Shown piece by piece: positions 37,690 through 50,499 of a DNA stretch of 64,000 nucleotides. The notes below the pieces were generated by a model that was not told the DNA's origin, made no database searches, and was given only the letters and a program-made list of their open reading frames with translations. Position 1 is the first letter of the stretch. Each line of letters begins with the position of its first letter. The translations under genes and the position numbers were made by a program. Source of the stretch: Oopsacas minuta (Eukaryota; Animalia; Porifera); the NCBI GenBank assembly GCA_024704765.1, contig JAKMXF010000298.1, positions 462,050-526,049 on the forward strand, given 5' to 3'.

Positions 37690-37749
37690 TTACCGTCCAA
37701 ATTGTGTATTGCCAAGTTCTCAACTTGGCTGATGCAATTTGGACGGTAA
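37690..37749. mobile_element. 60-bp hairpin / TA-flanked mini-MITE
   Basis: Perfect 15-bp IR ttaccgtccaaattg / caatttggacggtaa and inner gccaagt / acttggc. Confidence 0.7.
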
Positions 37750-40496
37750 ATACGTATATGCTATGCTTTAGGACTGCATTTATTTTAGGACATATTCAAT
37801 TCCAGGTTTAATGGACCCTGCCGCTGTATAGCAGTGTTTGAAGGACGAAACAACCTAATACTTAACATAAACAACCGCTATTTTATACGTTATGGATTGT
37901 TTTACGAATACAGTGAGCTGGTGACTAAGTCCAGAACTGCATTACATGGATATTTATGGTAATTCGTAAAGGACGTTCACACTTGAAAGTTTAATTGGGA
38001 TATGGGGGTTATCAGGAGATTCTCCGTACCGACTTCCCACACTTATACTCTATTTGATCCGGCCTGACCAAAAACAACACTGGCTTAGGGGGGGGTTACT
38101 CAGGAGATGCTTGACCCATAGCCTGCCTGGTGGTGGATCCTTTAAGAGTACCTGTTACTTCATGATGATTCATTTGCTTAGTTGCTTAGAAATAAGTTGT
38201 CACGTCTTTCACTTCTTTAAAAAACTGTGTGCATGAGCATTGTAATACAGCTGTCTTCATAGAACTTACCTTGTAGATGACTCATAAGTTATAGATTCAC
38301 TCAGTACTTAACTAATGGTGTCAGGCTATAACTTTAATAATTATCATAATTATTAGTTCGTAATTTCTGTATTACATCTAGTTAACATCACATACTTGCA
38401 GCTAACATATATTCACAGTTTCGTGAGCACATAATTTGTCCTATAACACTGTGAACAAATTTAGTTATACCTGAATATACCGATTATAACTAACTCATTG
38501 TGATGTTAAACACCCTGGCAAAAAGTTACTTATTCTGATAGAAAATTAAGAGGTAGAAAATGTTAAAATTATTTAGAACAACTGTCATAATTTAGCTGCT
38601 TACTAGTATTTGTTTAAACCTGTGGTATGAGTTTGTTCTAAAGTGATATTTCACACAATTTAGCCAATTGGGGGTTATATAATATGAGCCTTTAGCTCGT
38701 CGTTTTTGCGATGAACTCGGCGCATTGCGCCTCGAGGTATCCATCAGTCTCCAAATTGACGGCCCCTTTGTGTAATAATTATAATATTGATATATTTAGA
38801 ACAATGTAATTCACAAATATACGTATATGGCATTATATTTTTGAATTATAAGTAATATATATTAAAATATGCCAAAATATGTTTTCAATATGTTCTCAGG
38901 GGTAATTTGGTACGCACACATGGATTTATCATATTTTCACACCTTTATATATATATATATATTTCAATAAGATGCTATACTTCGTTACAACGTTTAACCA
39001 GGGATAATCTTGCATACATATTCTAATTTGACATCAATTTTATATTACTGATTATCATATAATCAGTGTCATCGTACCTCCTCTCTAATTTCGCTCCACT
39101 TCGCTCCAGGTTTTCACACTTGGCTTATACTTCTAATAATATTAATGCTATGGTTCAACGACTAATTAATTATTGTACATTGAGAGAAACATGACTCATA
39201 GCTTGAGCTGCACTACTTGTCTGTCGACTGGTCATTTTCAGTGCAATAATGAGATGCTCTAATGGCATGGACGATTTGCGACATCCGTCCGTCTGTAGAT
39301 TTTACAGAAATTGTAAAATATATTAGTGCAGCTCATATTATTACAGAGTTGTGGATTTGATGTATATTTCCATTCAAATCAAATCATGCAAATTCAAAGA
39401 AATCATCAAATCCTAATCAAATCCTTTCAAATTTTTGATATTTTGCAAAAAAAGTATCTATAGATCATTACATATGTTCACTTTGAATGAAAGATTCATT
39501 ATTTACCATACTATAAGGATTTAAATAATGGCATATTTTAACAAATAAATGCTTACCAAACACACATTTTCAAACATTCCTGAATTTTTAGCATAGATAT
39601 AATGGTTGATAAATATATTGTTGTACAAATATGCAATACATTTATTCTGGCAAAAATGCACCGCTTCTTTAATATTGACTCTACACGTAAATACCTTATC
39701 TCCGACCGCATCCCGGGTCCAAATTCACAAGAAGTTGGCACGCCTTATATTAGAGTATGCTATGATTAATCATATTTTCACACATAGAAATTTGGTTTCA
39801 ACGCTTAGGCAGGGCAATAAAGATTCCAATTTTTACATTTTCAAACCTAGATTTCTCTATAATTTATCATATGATTAATCATTTTCCCCACATTTTTGCA
39901 AATATGCCTACGTATTTCAAAAGTTTGAAATCTCGTTTCAACGACTTCTCAGTTGTCAGTTGTGTTGTCAGAGATACATGGATGTAACGCTACTACCACG
40001 AGTAAACTTCGTCTATCGACTCGATATTTTAATATTTTGTTCGAATTAAGATGAACTGAATTATTTTACTCAGTATGCATACAGTGACGGTATCGAGGGG
40101 GGAAACGGGGCATTTGCCCCAGATTTGAAATTTTCCGGTTTTGTCAGATCCTCAGACCACCACTGCCTATGATATAATTAGATTTTTCCCCTGGTTTGAA
40201 ATCTTGGCTCCGGGCTTGCTCCAGGTATGCAAAATCATGGGGCCGCCCTTGTATACATACATCCGGCCACACGTGATACAAATTTACATTTGGTTATCTG
40301 GCCGCACCGAGGGCCCTTTCATGTCGGACGCGAACTGAAAACCTAGTTTGCAGAACTCTAGTATGAGTGCAGTGTATCCAGTACATGCACTAGTTGTATT
40401 ATCCTCAGTAACAGTACATAAATATATTGACTATTGAAGGGAAGGGACAATTCAGTATATACATAATTTAATGAAATATTATACAAATGTTCCTTG

Positions 40497-41411
40497 TCAG
40501 CACAATCTTTTATAATCTAACCATGTAGAGTAAATTTGTCTTAAATTTGTAGGATTAATATAGTGTACTAACCAATTTGTAGGATTACAGTCATTGCCAA
40601 AGGGCACAATTCTTTCATCGTGTACATACTTAATGTTGAGGGGAGCAACCCAGGATCCTAGAGAGGTATCTTCATTGTTGTAATGCATTAATTTGTCTGA
40701 ATTATATGATAGGTACTTTACAATATCTTGAGTTAGTATGTATCCAACACCAGTAGGAAAGTCCAAATAGTGATTGCAGAGGAACCAACCAAACTCAGCC
40801 CATTTGCCTATGGTATGTGGGACAGATAGATGATAAACATTCCCCAGCAACAATTTATTACTAGCTTTAATCTCATTGGTAAGAACTTGATATAAGTTGT
40901 CAATAACAACATAACTATCATCATCAGTCTTAAGATAATAGACAGCATCTATGTGTTTGTCTGCCCATGTGAAAGCTTGCAACACTTTCCTGAATAACTT
41001 AGTGTATACCTCTTCTACACCATCTAACATTATAATATCTCCAAATGTATCTCTTTCCTTTAGAACTAATGACAAATCTGATTGAGATACTCGTTTATTT
41101 CCTATTGCAAATGAATATTTGATAGAATCATAGTTGCTGACTGTTTTCCCCCATGTATTTCTGATGGCGTCCCTCTGAGGATAATTGAGTGGAGCACTGA
41201 CTACGATTATGTAAAGAAGGTAAGGCTTCGGTTTTGATACGGTGATATTTTCTATAATTTCTGTAACTTTTTCAGGAACTTCTGCAACATTTGGTTCGCA
41301 ATTCGTATCCCTAAAGCCAGAATTTTTCAATTCCTGTGACAATATGAACAGTGTTTGTATTGCGGTAATACTAATCAGTATGACTAGATATTTCTGGCTT
41401 TGGATAATCAT
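40497..41411 (-). CDS. GT31 galactosyltransferase copy C, 304 aa
   Basis: Same motifs as copy A; intact ORF. Confidence 0.92.
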   Translation of the reverse strand: MIIQSQKYLVILISITAIQTLFILSQELKNSGFRDTNCEPNVAEVPEKVTEIIENITVSKPKPYLLYIIVVSAPLNYPQRDAIRNTWGKTVSNYDSIKYSFAIGNKRVSQSDLSLVLKERDTFGDIIMLDGVEEVYTKLFRKVLQAFTWADKHIDAVYYLKTDDDSYVVIDNLYQVLTNEIKASNKLLLGNVYHLSVPHTIGKWAEFGWFLCNHYLDFPTGVGYILTQDIVKYLSYNSDKLMHYNNEDTSLGSWVAPLNIKYVHDERIVPFGNDCNPTNWLVHYINPTNLRQIYSTWLDYKRLC

Positions 41412-44304
41412 CTCTTGTTCATTCTAAGTTTAATAGAATACAATAAATACGATATTTTAGTTAATGATATTCCAGCCCCGGCGGATCTAGGACATGGTTC
41501 TGTAAAGTGGGGTATTCTGGCCGTATGCAGCCTGAAGGGACAATTTATGCGATCTGATACCTCAATGTAGATTTGTATCATATGTGGTGAGTAATACTCA
41601 TCATTTATACTGAGAAGATATTTAAATAATTTGAAATTTGAGAGAAAGCATTTTCTATTTAAATACAAATATATGTAACTCTATTTGCAGCACTGATGTA
41701 AGCTCTTGACATTAATGTGGTCTGAAGAAATGATATTATTGCCTAGTCCAAATGAAATTCATTGTTAGTTATTGGAACATTGTATGGTATATCAGATAAA
41801 TCTCTTATTGGATCAAATCGAATTTCACTGAGTGATTGATGAAGCAGTCAACTATACCCTACAATATATATTCTTTAATACTAAAGAATATTAGCCAGCA
41901 CATACTGTATATGTATTAACTCTCAAATCTTATAAATCCAGCATGGCATAAATTATGGCTTTTTATTCAAAGAACTATTAATTCGATGCCATTGATAACA
42001 TTGTAGTTGATCATAAAGAATTGCAACTGGCGTCACGAACAGGGTTCCCTCTAACTTTCGGGGGCAGCACATCTGACAGTGGTGTTGTCAAAATTCCGGG
42101 GGGTACAAGCAAAATCCGCGTAGGGAGTCGAACATTTTCATGGAAAATTCCAGGGGGAATACCCCTCGGATTCCTTATAGGGAGCACTAGTCACAAATCC
42201 AACTTTAAATAGATTGTCATATTTTGTAACATGACCACACCCAAGTCGATTTGTCGTTCAGGTTTTGTCATGTTTGGCCATGTTTGGACACATTTGTCCT
42301 AAATAGCGATAGAAGATCAACATGACTAAAAGATGACGTAAATATTAATGGGGCTGAGTTTGATCATACGACCACAGGTTGGGAAACCTTGATCTAGAAT
42401 ACTTTTAAAACGATTCCAACCGAATTCACACCAATATTTGCAAAAATATATATATATGCACACTGTGTTTCTAAATATAAATTAATGCTATCATGTTTGG
42501 TCCCGAGAATCTTTCATAAATGCAACAAACCGAAATGACCATATATGGAGATGAATTTTAATTGCGTTCTTGTGATTGAAGTTTTTGGAAATAATCCTCA
42601 CAAGCACATGTTTCCGACTACATAATGAGATGCAGTAGAAACATGTAGAATACTTTCACATATGAATGTGTGAAGATACTTAAGTAACAACAATTTTCGT
42701 GAGGGAAAGAATATCATTGATTATCAGGAAATTCATTATACAATACTTTGCTTAACGAAGAGTAGTATAACTTAAGCGATAGTCAAGATTTTGAAGCTAT
42801 TGCATGGTGAAAGGTGGATAAATATTTTGCATATTAAAGTGTGTCCCAGTTATTGTAGGCAATGGCCTAGTGGTGTAGTGGTGTCCAAGCTTACTAGGGG
42901 TGTTTATGCACATGCCATATTGACTTCTTTCATTCTTCTTATATAAATGTTTGGCAGGCCTAGAAACAATATATAACAAGGAAGCCTATTATTCTCTTCT
43001 GTTTACAAAGCTTCTTGCAGTAAATTGGGTTTCTGTATTGATATTTTGTTAGATGAATTATACTGCAGATAACCGGTTGATCGATTTATTGAACCACGTC
43101 GTTTGACCATCCCTTAATTGGTTAATGCTGCATGATTAAAACAAAGAATCTTTTCAATCATTTCAACATATTATACACATCGCTTGTTAGCAGCTCTTTT
43201 CATGATTTATTTGAGGATGGACCCCAATTATGAAGGGCCCCCATGGCCTACTTAATACACTACCGTGTATGTTACCCAAAAGCAGGATGTGTATCCAATC
43301 CTATCGATCAGATATTTAGCATCTATATCGAGATTTCAGCAATCGATACTTTTCCTTAATAATCCAATCAATATCAACAATCGAGAAATTCATCGATTTT
43401 TTCATCGATAGTTATCGAATATTTAGTGTATTCTTTTGAATTTAATCTAGTTTCTAGCAGGGATGCTAATCCAAACTGATATTTGAATTCCAATTGAGAT
43501 TCCCATTAATTCGATCATATTTCTATTGTGTTTTCATCGATTTTTTCATCATTATTTATGTCCAATCATATTATTTCATTTTGAGTACTAATTTCAGTAC
43601 AGTAGCCTGTCTGTGAATTTATCTCCCAAAACAGTACATCTGCATGACATTTTCGCCCAGCAATTAGCCCGCCAAACAAAATTTACTGGAGAAACATGGT
43701 TCATTTATTCCTAAGTATTCCCAATTGGTAACTTATGACAATTCATACGGTAACCTGAGACTGGGGAGTTGCGCAAAGCAGCGAATGAAAATGAGAGTAT
43801 TTCCCGACCGGCTTCAAAGCCTCGCGTGCAACTTTGCTTGTAAGTTGATTTTCAGAAAATTTTCATCTAATAATTTCGAAATTATCGATGAAAATTCATA
43901 GATAAATATCGAAATCGGCTAATATTAGAAACAATCCAATCGATATGAAATGTGCCAATCGACAATCGATAATTGTCTTGCTTAGATTGGATTAGTATCC
44001 CTGCCGAGCAGGCTTCGATAAAGAAGGCCGAATGGACGTCGGTTTTACCCCATACCTTGAGAATTATACAGATAGAGCCTAGGTGTGTATTAGTGACCTA
44101 TAAGAATATGATATCAAAATATGCATTTCAATTGTCCAAATATGATTTCTCATCATGCGGTCTCGCAAAGCTATTTTTAACACCTGAAGTACTACGTGAT
44201 GACAGAGGCAAAGTAATGAATTTGAAAACAATGGTTGGTATGAATGTAAACAAATTCTTGTGTTGCTAAGGAAAAGTATTTCCGTGTGTTGACTGTTGAA
44301 GCTA

Positions 44305-44758
44305 CAGTAAAACCTCCAAAAGTGAACACCTCCAAAATATGAACACTTTTTCTTGGTCCCAAATTTTTCCCATTGTTTTACATAGTGGTCACCCCTTTAG
44401 AATGTGAACACCTCTGAAAAGTGAAATGTGAAATGTGAACACTTAATTTGATCCCAAATGTCTAAATTGCATAGGATATGACCTCTTAAAAGTGAACATC
44501 TGTTTATCTACCAGATTTTTGACTACGCTGTCAGCTTTGTTATCACACTAGTTATGAAAGCAGGGATGTTTGATGATGTAGCTTCACAATATACTAGAGG
44601 CTTCCTCATACAATGGGCAGAAGAGACAACATATTTGGCTGTACAATGCTTTCACACATTTTACTACTACTGTTTGTCGAAAATACACTTTATGATAAAT
44701 CATGAAAAGTGAACATTTTTCCGGTCCGCTGGGTATTCACCTTCTGGAAGTTTTACTA
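44305..44758. mobile_element. Tc1/mariner (pogo-type) MITE with internal gtgaacac repeats
   Basis: TA|cagtaaaacctccaaaagtgaacacc ... ggtattcaccttctggaagttttacta|TA. Confidence 0.8.
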
Positions 44759-45311
44759 TATAACTAAAACTTTTTCAATAAATGGTTTATATATTAGTTG
44801 GAATCGAAGTATTCTAGATATTTCCGCAAAAATTTTAGATATAACGGTAGCTGCAATCCTTTATGATCAAATAGAATGAAATTAATTCCGCGGATAGTAT
44901 TCACATAATCGTTTACTTAAAAAGCCATGCTTGACATAATTATAATATTTGAGAGTCTAGACGATATTGGCTAATATTCTTTCTTTGAAATATTGTAAGG
45001 TTAAGTGTAATTACCGCCGACTGTTTAACAATATTTTAAAATTGATTGGGACAATTACATCTAACTAGAGGTTTATCTTACAATTGTGAACTTATACCAG
45101 AAAAACAAGAGTGTCAGAGACGGATAAGGAGACTTCACAAGTCGCGAAGGACAAAAAACGAAGGGTACTTGTATAATTGAAGATCACATTTTTTTAATAG
45201 GATTCACGTGACGTGATATACTAGATCTTCCCCTGAACTCAGGTTATCATTAATTAACGTGTCGTATTCATTGAATTCTATTATAAGTTTAGTATACACT
45301 ACAATCTAGAG

Positions 45312-46205
45312 ATGATTATCCAAATCCAGAAATTTCTAGTCATCCTGATGGGTATTACTGCAATACAAACTTTGTTTATTGTGTTAAAGGATTTGAATTA
45401 TTCTGACTTTAGGGATACAATTTGTCAACCAAAAATTACAGAACTTCCTGAAAGTTCTAACGTATCAAAACCGAAGCCTTACCTTCTTTACATAATCATA
45501 GTCAGTGCTCCACTCAATTACCCACAGAGAGATGCTATTAGAAATACATGGGGGAAAACAGTCAGCAACTATGATTCTATCAAATATTCATTTGCAATAG
45601 GAAATAAACGAGTATCTCAATCAGATTTGTCATTAGTTCTAAAGGAAAGAGATACATTTGGAGATATTATAATGTTAGATGGTGTAGAAGAGGTATACAC
45701 TAAGTTATCCAGGAAAGTGTTACAAGCTTTCACATGGGCAGACAAACACATAGATGCTGTCTATTATCTTAAGACTGATGATGATAGTTATGTTGTTATT
45801 GACAACTTATATCAAGTTCTTACCAATGAGATTAAAGCTAGTAATAAATTGTTGCTGGGGAATGTTTATCATCTATCTGTCCCACATACCATAGGCAAAT
45901 GGGCTGAGTTTGGTTGGTTCCTCTGCAATCACTATTTGGACTTTCCTACTGGTGTTGGATACATACTAACTCAAGATATTGTAAAGTACCTATCATATAA
46001 TTCAGACAAATTAATGCATTACAACAATGAAGATACCTCTTTAGGATCCTGGGTTGCTCCCCTCAACATTAAGTATGTACACGATGAAAGAATTGTGCCC
46101 TTTGGCAATGACTGTAATCCTACAAATTGGATAGTACACTATATTAATCCTACAAATTTAAGACAAATTTACTCTACATGGTTAGATTATAGACTATTGT
46201 GTTGA
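45312..46205 (+). CDS. GT31 galactosyltransferase copy D, 297 aa (divergent from copy C)
   Basis: Intact ORF; catalytic domain almost identical to copy C. Confidence 0.92.
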   Translation: MIIQIQKFLVILMGITAIQTLFIVLKDLNYSDFRDTICQPKITELPESSNVSKPKPYLLYIIIVSAPLNYPQRDAIRNTWGKTVSNYDSIKYSFAIGNKRVSQSDLSLVLKERDTFGDIIMLDGVEEVYTKLSRKVLQAFTWADKHIDAVYYLKTDDDSYVVIDNLYQVLTNEIKASNKLLLGNVYHLSVPHTIGKWAEFGWFLCNHYLDFPTGVGYILTQDIVKYLSYNSDKLMHYNNEDTSLGSWVAPLNIKYVHDERIVPFGNDCNPTNWIVHYINPTNLRQIYSTWLDYRLLC

Positions 46206-47321
46206 CAAAATTAAATTTCGACTACTACTTATGGGAATATTATTTTGTTTGTATTTTTGGTGTTTAAGATCTTAGATGAATGAATAGTCACACCTTGACA
46301 ATTTGTAAATTTTTTGGGTTTCCGAAATATAAAATCTATATACAATATATTCCACGTTTGATACAGTAATTACCTCATACAGTAGTCCTGTCACGAAATA
46401 TTAGATCCGGCCGACCAAATATATCAGAAAATTATGGTCAAATGAATTAATTATTTTCTATACTTATGTACCGTAGAACTGGGTTAAGACGTACTCTCGG
46501 ACATTAGCGAAGCCACGGGACGCAAGGGGGGTCACGTGCCTCCCCTTCCTATTGTAACCATCATTTTCGCCCTGCCTTCTACTTGTCTCGCTAATATAAT
46601 TCAACAAAATAGTGGAATGTAAAATTAATCTTATTTCACATGTTTCTATCTAAAATTTCTAATCATGGTAGAGATTAGGTTTCCACATGTATTTTGGGGC
46701 AATTGGGTGCGTATAGTCCGATTTTGACATTTTCAGAGCCTGAGAGTTACAAATTCACATATTTAGCATGTGATTAATCATATTTTCACACATTTTACTT
46801 ATATTTCAAAAGAGGCTAGAGATTCGTTTCAATTGTTACTCAGGGGAATCGGGTATGTAGATTCCAAATTCGACATTCCCAAATCTGTATCTATATGATT
46901 TATCATATGGTTAATCACATTTTGATACATTTTGAGTATACGATATTAATAATTTGTTTTAACAACTAATGATTTTGTTCTTGGTAAGAAACATAGTCCA
47001 GAGGCCGGAGCTAAACTATTAGTCTGTCGGGTGGAAATTTTGTATTTATCAAATGAGAGATTTAGAAAATGTAACTGCATCGAATTGCGTCTAGAGATCC
47101 ATGTGAAGTGCAATAATTTTAATTGCCTCTCCCCTTACCCAATATGCGTGACTACCCCTGTGTTCTTGGATAAGACGTCCGACCTCTGTCCCGCGGCCCT
47201 GCATAATCTATCAGCCTGGTTAAATGGAAATTGGTACATACAAGTCATTTTAGGTAGAGATATGCACCTGGCGTATAGATTTATTTCTAAAGCTTAGTGT
47301 ATGGCTATAGAATTATATGCA

Positions 47322-48218
47322 TCAAATTTTGTTACTTGATAATTTCAACAGCTTCAATCTTCCTGAATCCTTCTCACACACATTTACCATCCTATCACAA
47401 TTTATCATAGCAACACCTTTGATGTGACTACACATACTGTCCTCACCCAATTCCTTTATCAATTCCCCCTCGTGTGACATAAAGCAAATCTTGTTAGATT
47501 TGCGATTGCTAATGAATAATCCGATATCTGATACCTCAAAAAATTCAGTTAAAATTTTTCTTTGAAAAGTTGGTAATGATACTCGAATTGTTTTCAAGAA
47601 TGATTGATCTTCCAAACAAAGTATTTTTACTTGACAGTCATCAGAAAGTACGTAAAGCTTACTTTGGTATATTTTAACATCATGGGGTCCAGGAGTGTAC
47701 AATAGTACTTTGAATAGAGACAGATCATTATGTAACTCTATCACGCGATCGTTTCCATAATCAGCAATGTAGACAGTATTGTTGGTATCAGCTGCAATTC
47801 CTTGAGGAGATTTCAAAGTCATATCTTCTTTATACACTATTCTATTTAGAAAATCAGCTACAAACACTCCATCTGTTGTGTATATGAACAATCCTTGTCC
47901 TAAATCGTTTTTCAGATAGTCAGTTGAGCTAGCAGTTACAAACACGAGTGTTTCTACTATACATATTCCGTAGGGATATAAGAAGTGCGACCCTGAACTA
48001 GGACTAGGAAATGAGAATAGGAATTCTAGACCTAAAGAGAATACTTGTATTCTGGAGTTGATTAGATCTGCTACATGAATGCGATCATTCAATGGATCAA
48101 TTACTACTGTTTGAGGCGATTTGAAATCTCCTTCATCACTACCATACTTTCCAGTAACCTTCTCTACCGATATTTCGTGTAGTTTTGGTTTCTTATCAGT
48201 TTTAAATAGAAAATTCAT
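47322..48218 (-). CDS. NHL-repeat-only protein, intronless, 298 aa
   Basis: FKSPQTVVIDPLNDRIHVADLINSRIQVF, LYPYGICI, LKSPQGIAADTNNTVYIADYGNDRV. Confidence 0.88.
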   Translation of the reverse strand: MNFLFKTDKKPKLHEISVEKVTGKYGSDEGDFKSPQTVVIDPLNDRIHVADLINSRIQVFSLGLEFLFSFPSPSSGSHFLYPYGICIVETLVFVTASSTDYLKNDLGQGLFIYTTDGVFVADFLNRIVYKEDMTLKSPQGIAADTNNTVYIADYGNDRVIELHNDLSLFKVLLYTPGPHDVKIYQSKLYVLSDDCQVKILCLEDQSFLKTIRVSLPTFQRKILTEFFEVSDIGLFISNRKSNKICFMSHEGELIKELGEDSMCSHIKGVAMINCDRMVNVCEKDSGRLKLLKLSSNKI

Positions 48219-49060
48219 TACACCCGTAATATAATATAATAGATTCGTTATCCATATTTTATTTATATTCTGTCAGTATGCAAGCCTAATATAATTTCCT
48301 AGCTTTATTAATAATCTACTTCATCGTATCATATAACTGCGAGTATACTATTATCATATAACAATTAGAGCTCATTTGCTTCGATTGGCTAATATCTTAT
48401 TACTAACTAATTACGAATTAAAAATTCAAGACACTTAACAACAATAAATTTCAGTCATAGATCGACCCCGAATTATTATCGCTTGAAGTTTCTTATAATA
48501 GTAGGTTGAGATGTCTGTCACAATGTATGTGTCCTAGTATCTCTTCTGAGCTGAGATTCCTCAACAGATCAACTTAACTGCCATCTAGGAGGTAATTAGC
48601 TAACCACTCTGAATAAGGAGTTTTATGAGCAAATTTTGTAAGGTTTCAGGGAGTAACGCGATATTATCTTTCTCGAAATAAGTTGCAAATAGTAACCGTT
48701 ATTCTTGTAGGAGTTCAGTTGAGGGACCCCCCAATTCTTCTATCAATTTTCTGGATTCGATTTTGGGGGGTGCTCCCCCAAATTAGGGTGATACCCCAAT
48801 ATTCCTATTTTAGTAGTCTATATGGGGGCTCCTCCAAATGAAAAGTTAGATTTCTACTTAGGATCCCCCAAATTTGGGGTCTCCTCTATTTTATTAAATG
48901 TAAAGTCGGGACTCCCCCTTTGTATCAATCTAGTAATTATTCCAACTTTTCTGACCCAAGTAGGAATTCTTGTTTGGCGAGGAACAACTGTATAGTATTA
49001 TTGCGGTGCTTAGCACTATGCACTATAAATATATCCGTCCAATATAGGAGTGTTTGGTTT

Positions 49061-49923
49061 GTGATAATTGTTTCCCTAATCAACCATTATGGATTCTCAC
49101 TGCTTGCAATTATTGCAATACAAACTTTGTACTTAAGTACGTTGTTCGGTTGGAATTTGATCCATCGCTGATTGACAAAATCTGTTTCTAGTTCCTGATG
49201 TATTTTCGGAATATTCTAGAAATATTACCCAAGAAGATCCTAAAAGTATAAATACAGTAAAACTCGAATAAGACGTACCCCTCGGGAACAAAAATTACCA
49301 CGTCTTATCCGAGTTCTACTGTATATCAATACCGAAGCCTTACAGCCTTCAGCTTCTTTCCATAATCATGGAGAGCACAATCAGTACTATGATTCTATCA
49401 AATATTCATTTGCAATAGGAAATAAACGAGTATCTCAATCAGATTTGTCATCAGTTCTAAAGGAAAGAGATACATTTGGAGATATTATAATGTTAGATGG
49501 TGTAGAAGAGGTATACACTAAGTTATCCAGGAAAGTGTTACAAGCTTTCACATGGGCAGACAAACACATAGATGCTGTCTATTATCTTAAGACTGATGAT
49601 GATAGTTATGTTGTTATTGACAACTTATATCAAGTTCTTACCAATGAGATTAAAGCTAGTAATAAATTGTTGCTGGGGAATGTTTATCATCTATCTGTCC
49701 CACATACCATAGGCAAATGGGCTGAGTTTGGTTGGTTCCTCTGCAATCACTATTTGGACTTTCCTACTGGTGTTGGATACATACTAACTCAAGATATTGT
49801 AAAGTACCTATCATATAATTCAGACAAATTAATGCATTACAACAATGAAGATACCTCTTTAGGATCCTGGGTTGCTCCCCTCAACATTAAGTATGTACAC
49901 GATGAAAGAATTGTGCCCTTTGG
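49061..49923 (+). pseudogene. GT31 pseudogene copy E (decayed 5' end, MITE insertion, ~50-nt deletion, 3' truncation)
   Basis: Remnant attgcaatacaaactttg of the TM anchor; codons for SAPLNYPQRDAIRN missing; 49391-49923 near-identical to D; homology ends at gtgccctttgg. Confidence 0.9.
49255..49321. mobile_element. 67-bp Tc1/mariner MITE inserted in GT31 copy E
   Basis: TA|cagtaaaactcgaataagacgt ... acgtcttatccgagttctactg|TA. Confidence 0.88.
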
Positions 49924-50499
49924 AAGTAACACGTGTTGCAACTTGCAAAGTAGAATGTGTGTTGAACAAGTAAGACGGTACCTAACTACTAATTGATAAT
50001 ACAATATACTATGGAATGACTACTAACTACTCATTATACTCAATTACTTTATTATTTATCAAATACATATACGTGTTGGGGAAGTGGTAGAGACTGAAAG
50101 TTGTTTTCAAATGCTAATCTTTAAATTTAGGGATGCTGAAGAACTAAAATAGTAGAAGGAATGGAATAATACATGTATTAAAGTATTTAGGTTGATCGAA
50201 CTGTGGGAACAAATTCTGAAATCTGAATATATTGCAGAAAGTTTTATGCTCATAACTCAAAGATGTATACAGGGCCCGTTAGTGAAATTCCAGGCCCTGG
50301 TGCTACAATAGGTCCCGGTCCCCCTATCTGTTCTTACGAATGTAATAATTTAGGGCACAAATACATTTCTAAACATTTAAATAAAAAATCGCATGATACA
50401 TTTACATATTATTGAAAATACAATATTTACATTTAGAATTTGAAACGCGAAGTTTGGATTCAACGCTACGTACTCATGGTCAACTTAATGTCGGTGCTT

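Noticed and set aside
41800-41860. VIDEA helicase motif II-like peptide
   Set aside because: Isolated five-residue match, no other helicase motifs, frame closed on both sides.
42850-42910. Minus-strand WTPLHH*AIAYNN, ankyrin-like
   Set aside because: One short match surrounded by stops; compatible with chance.
43973-44269. 98-aa ORF between GT31 C and D
   Set aside because: TTG start, no motif I recognise, no convincing splice partners; possibly a transposase remnant but unsupported.
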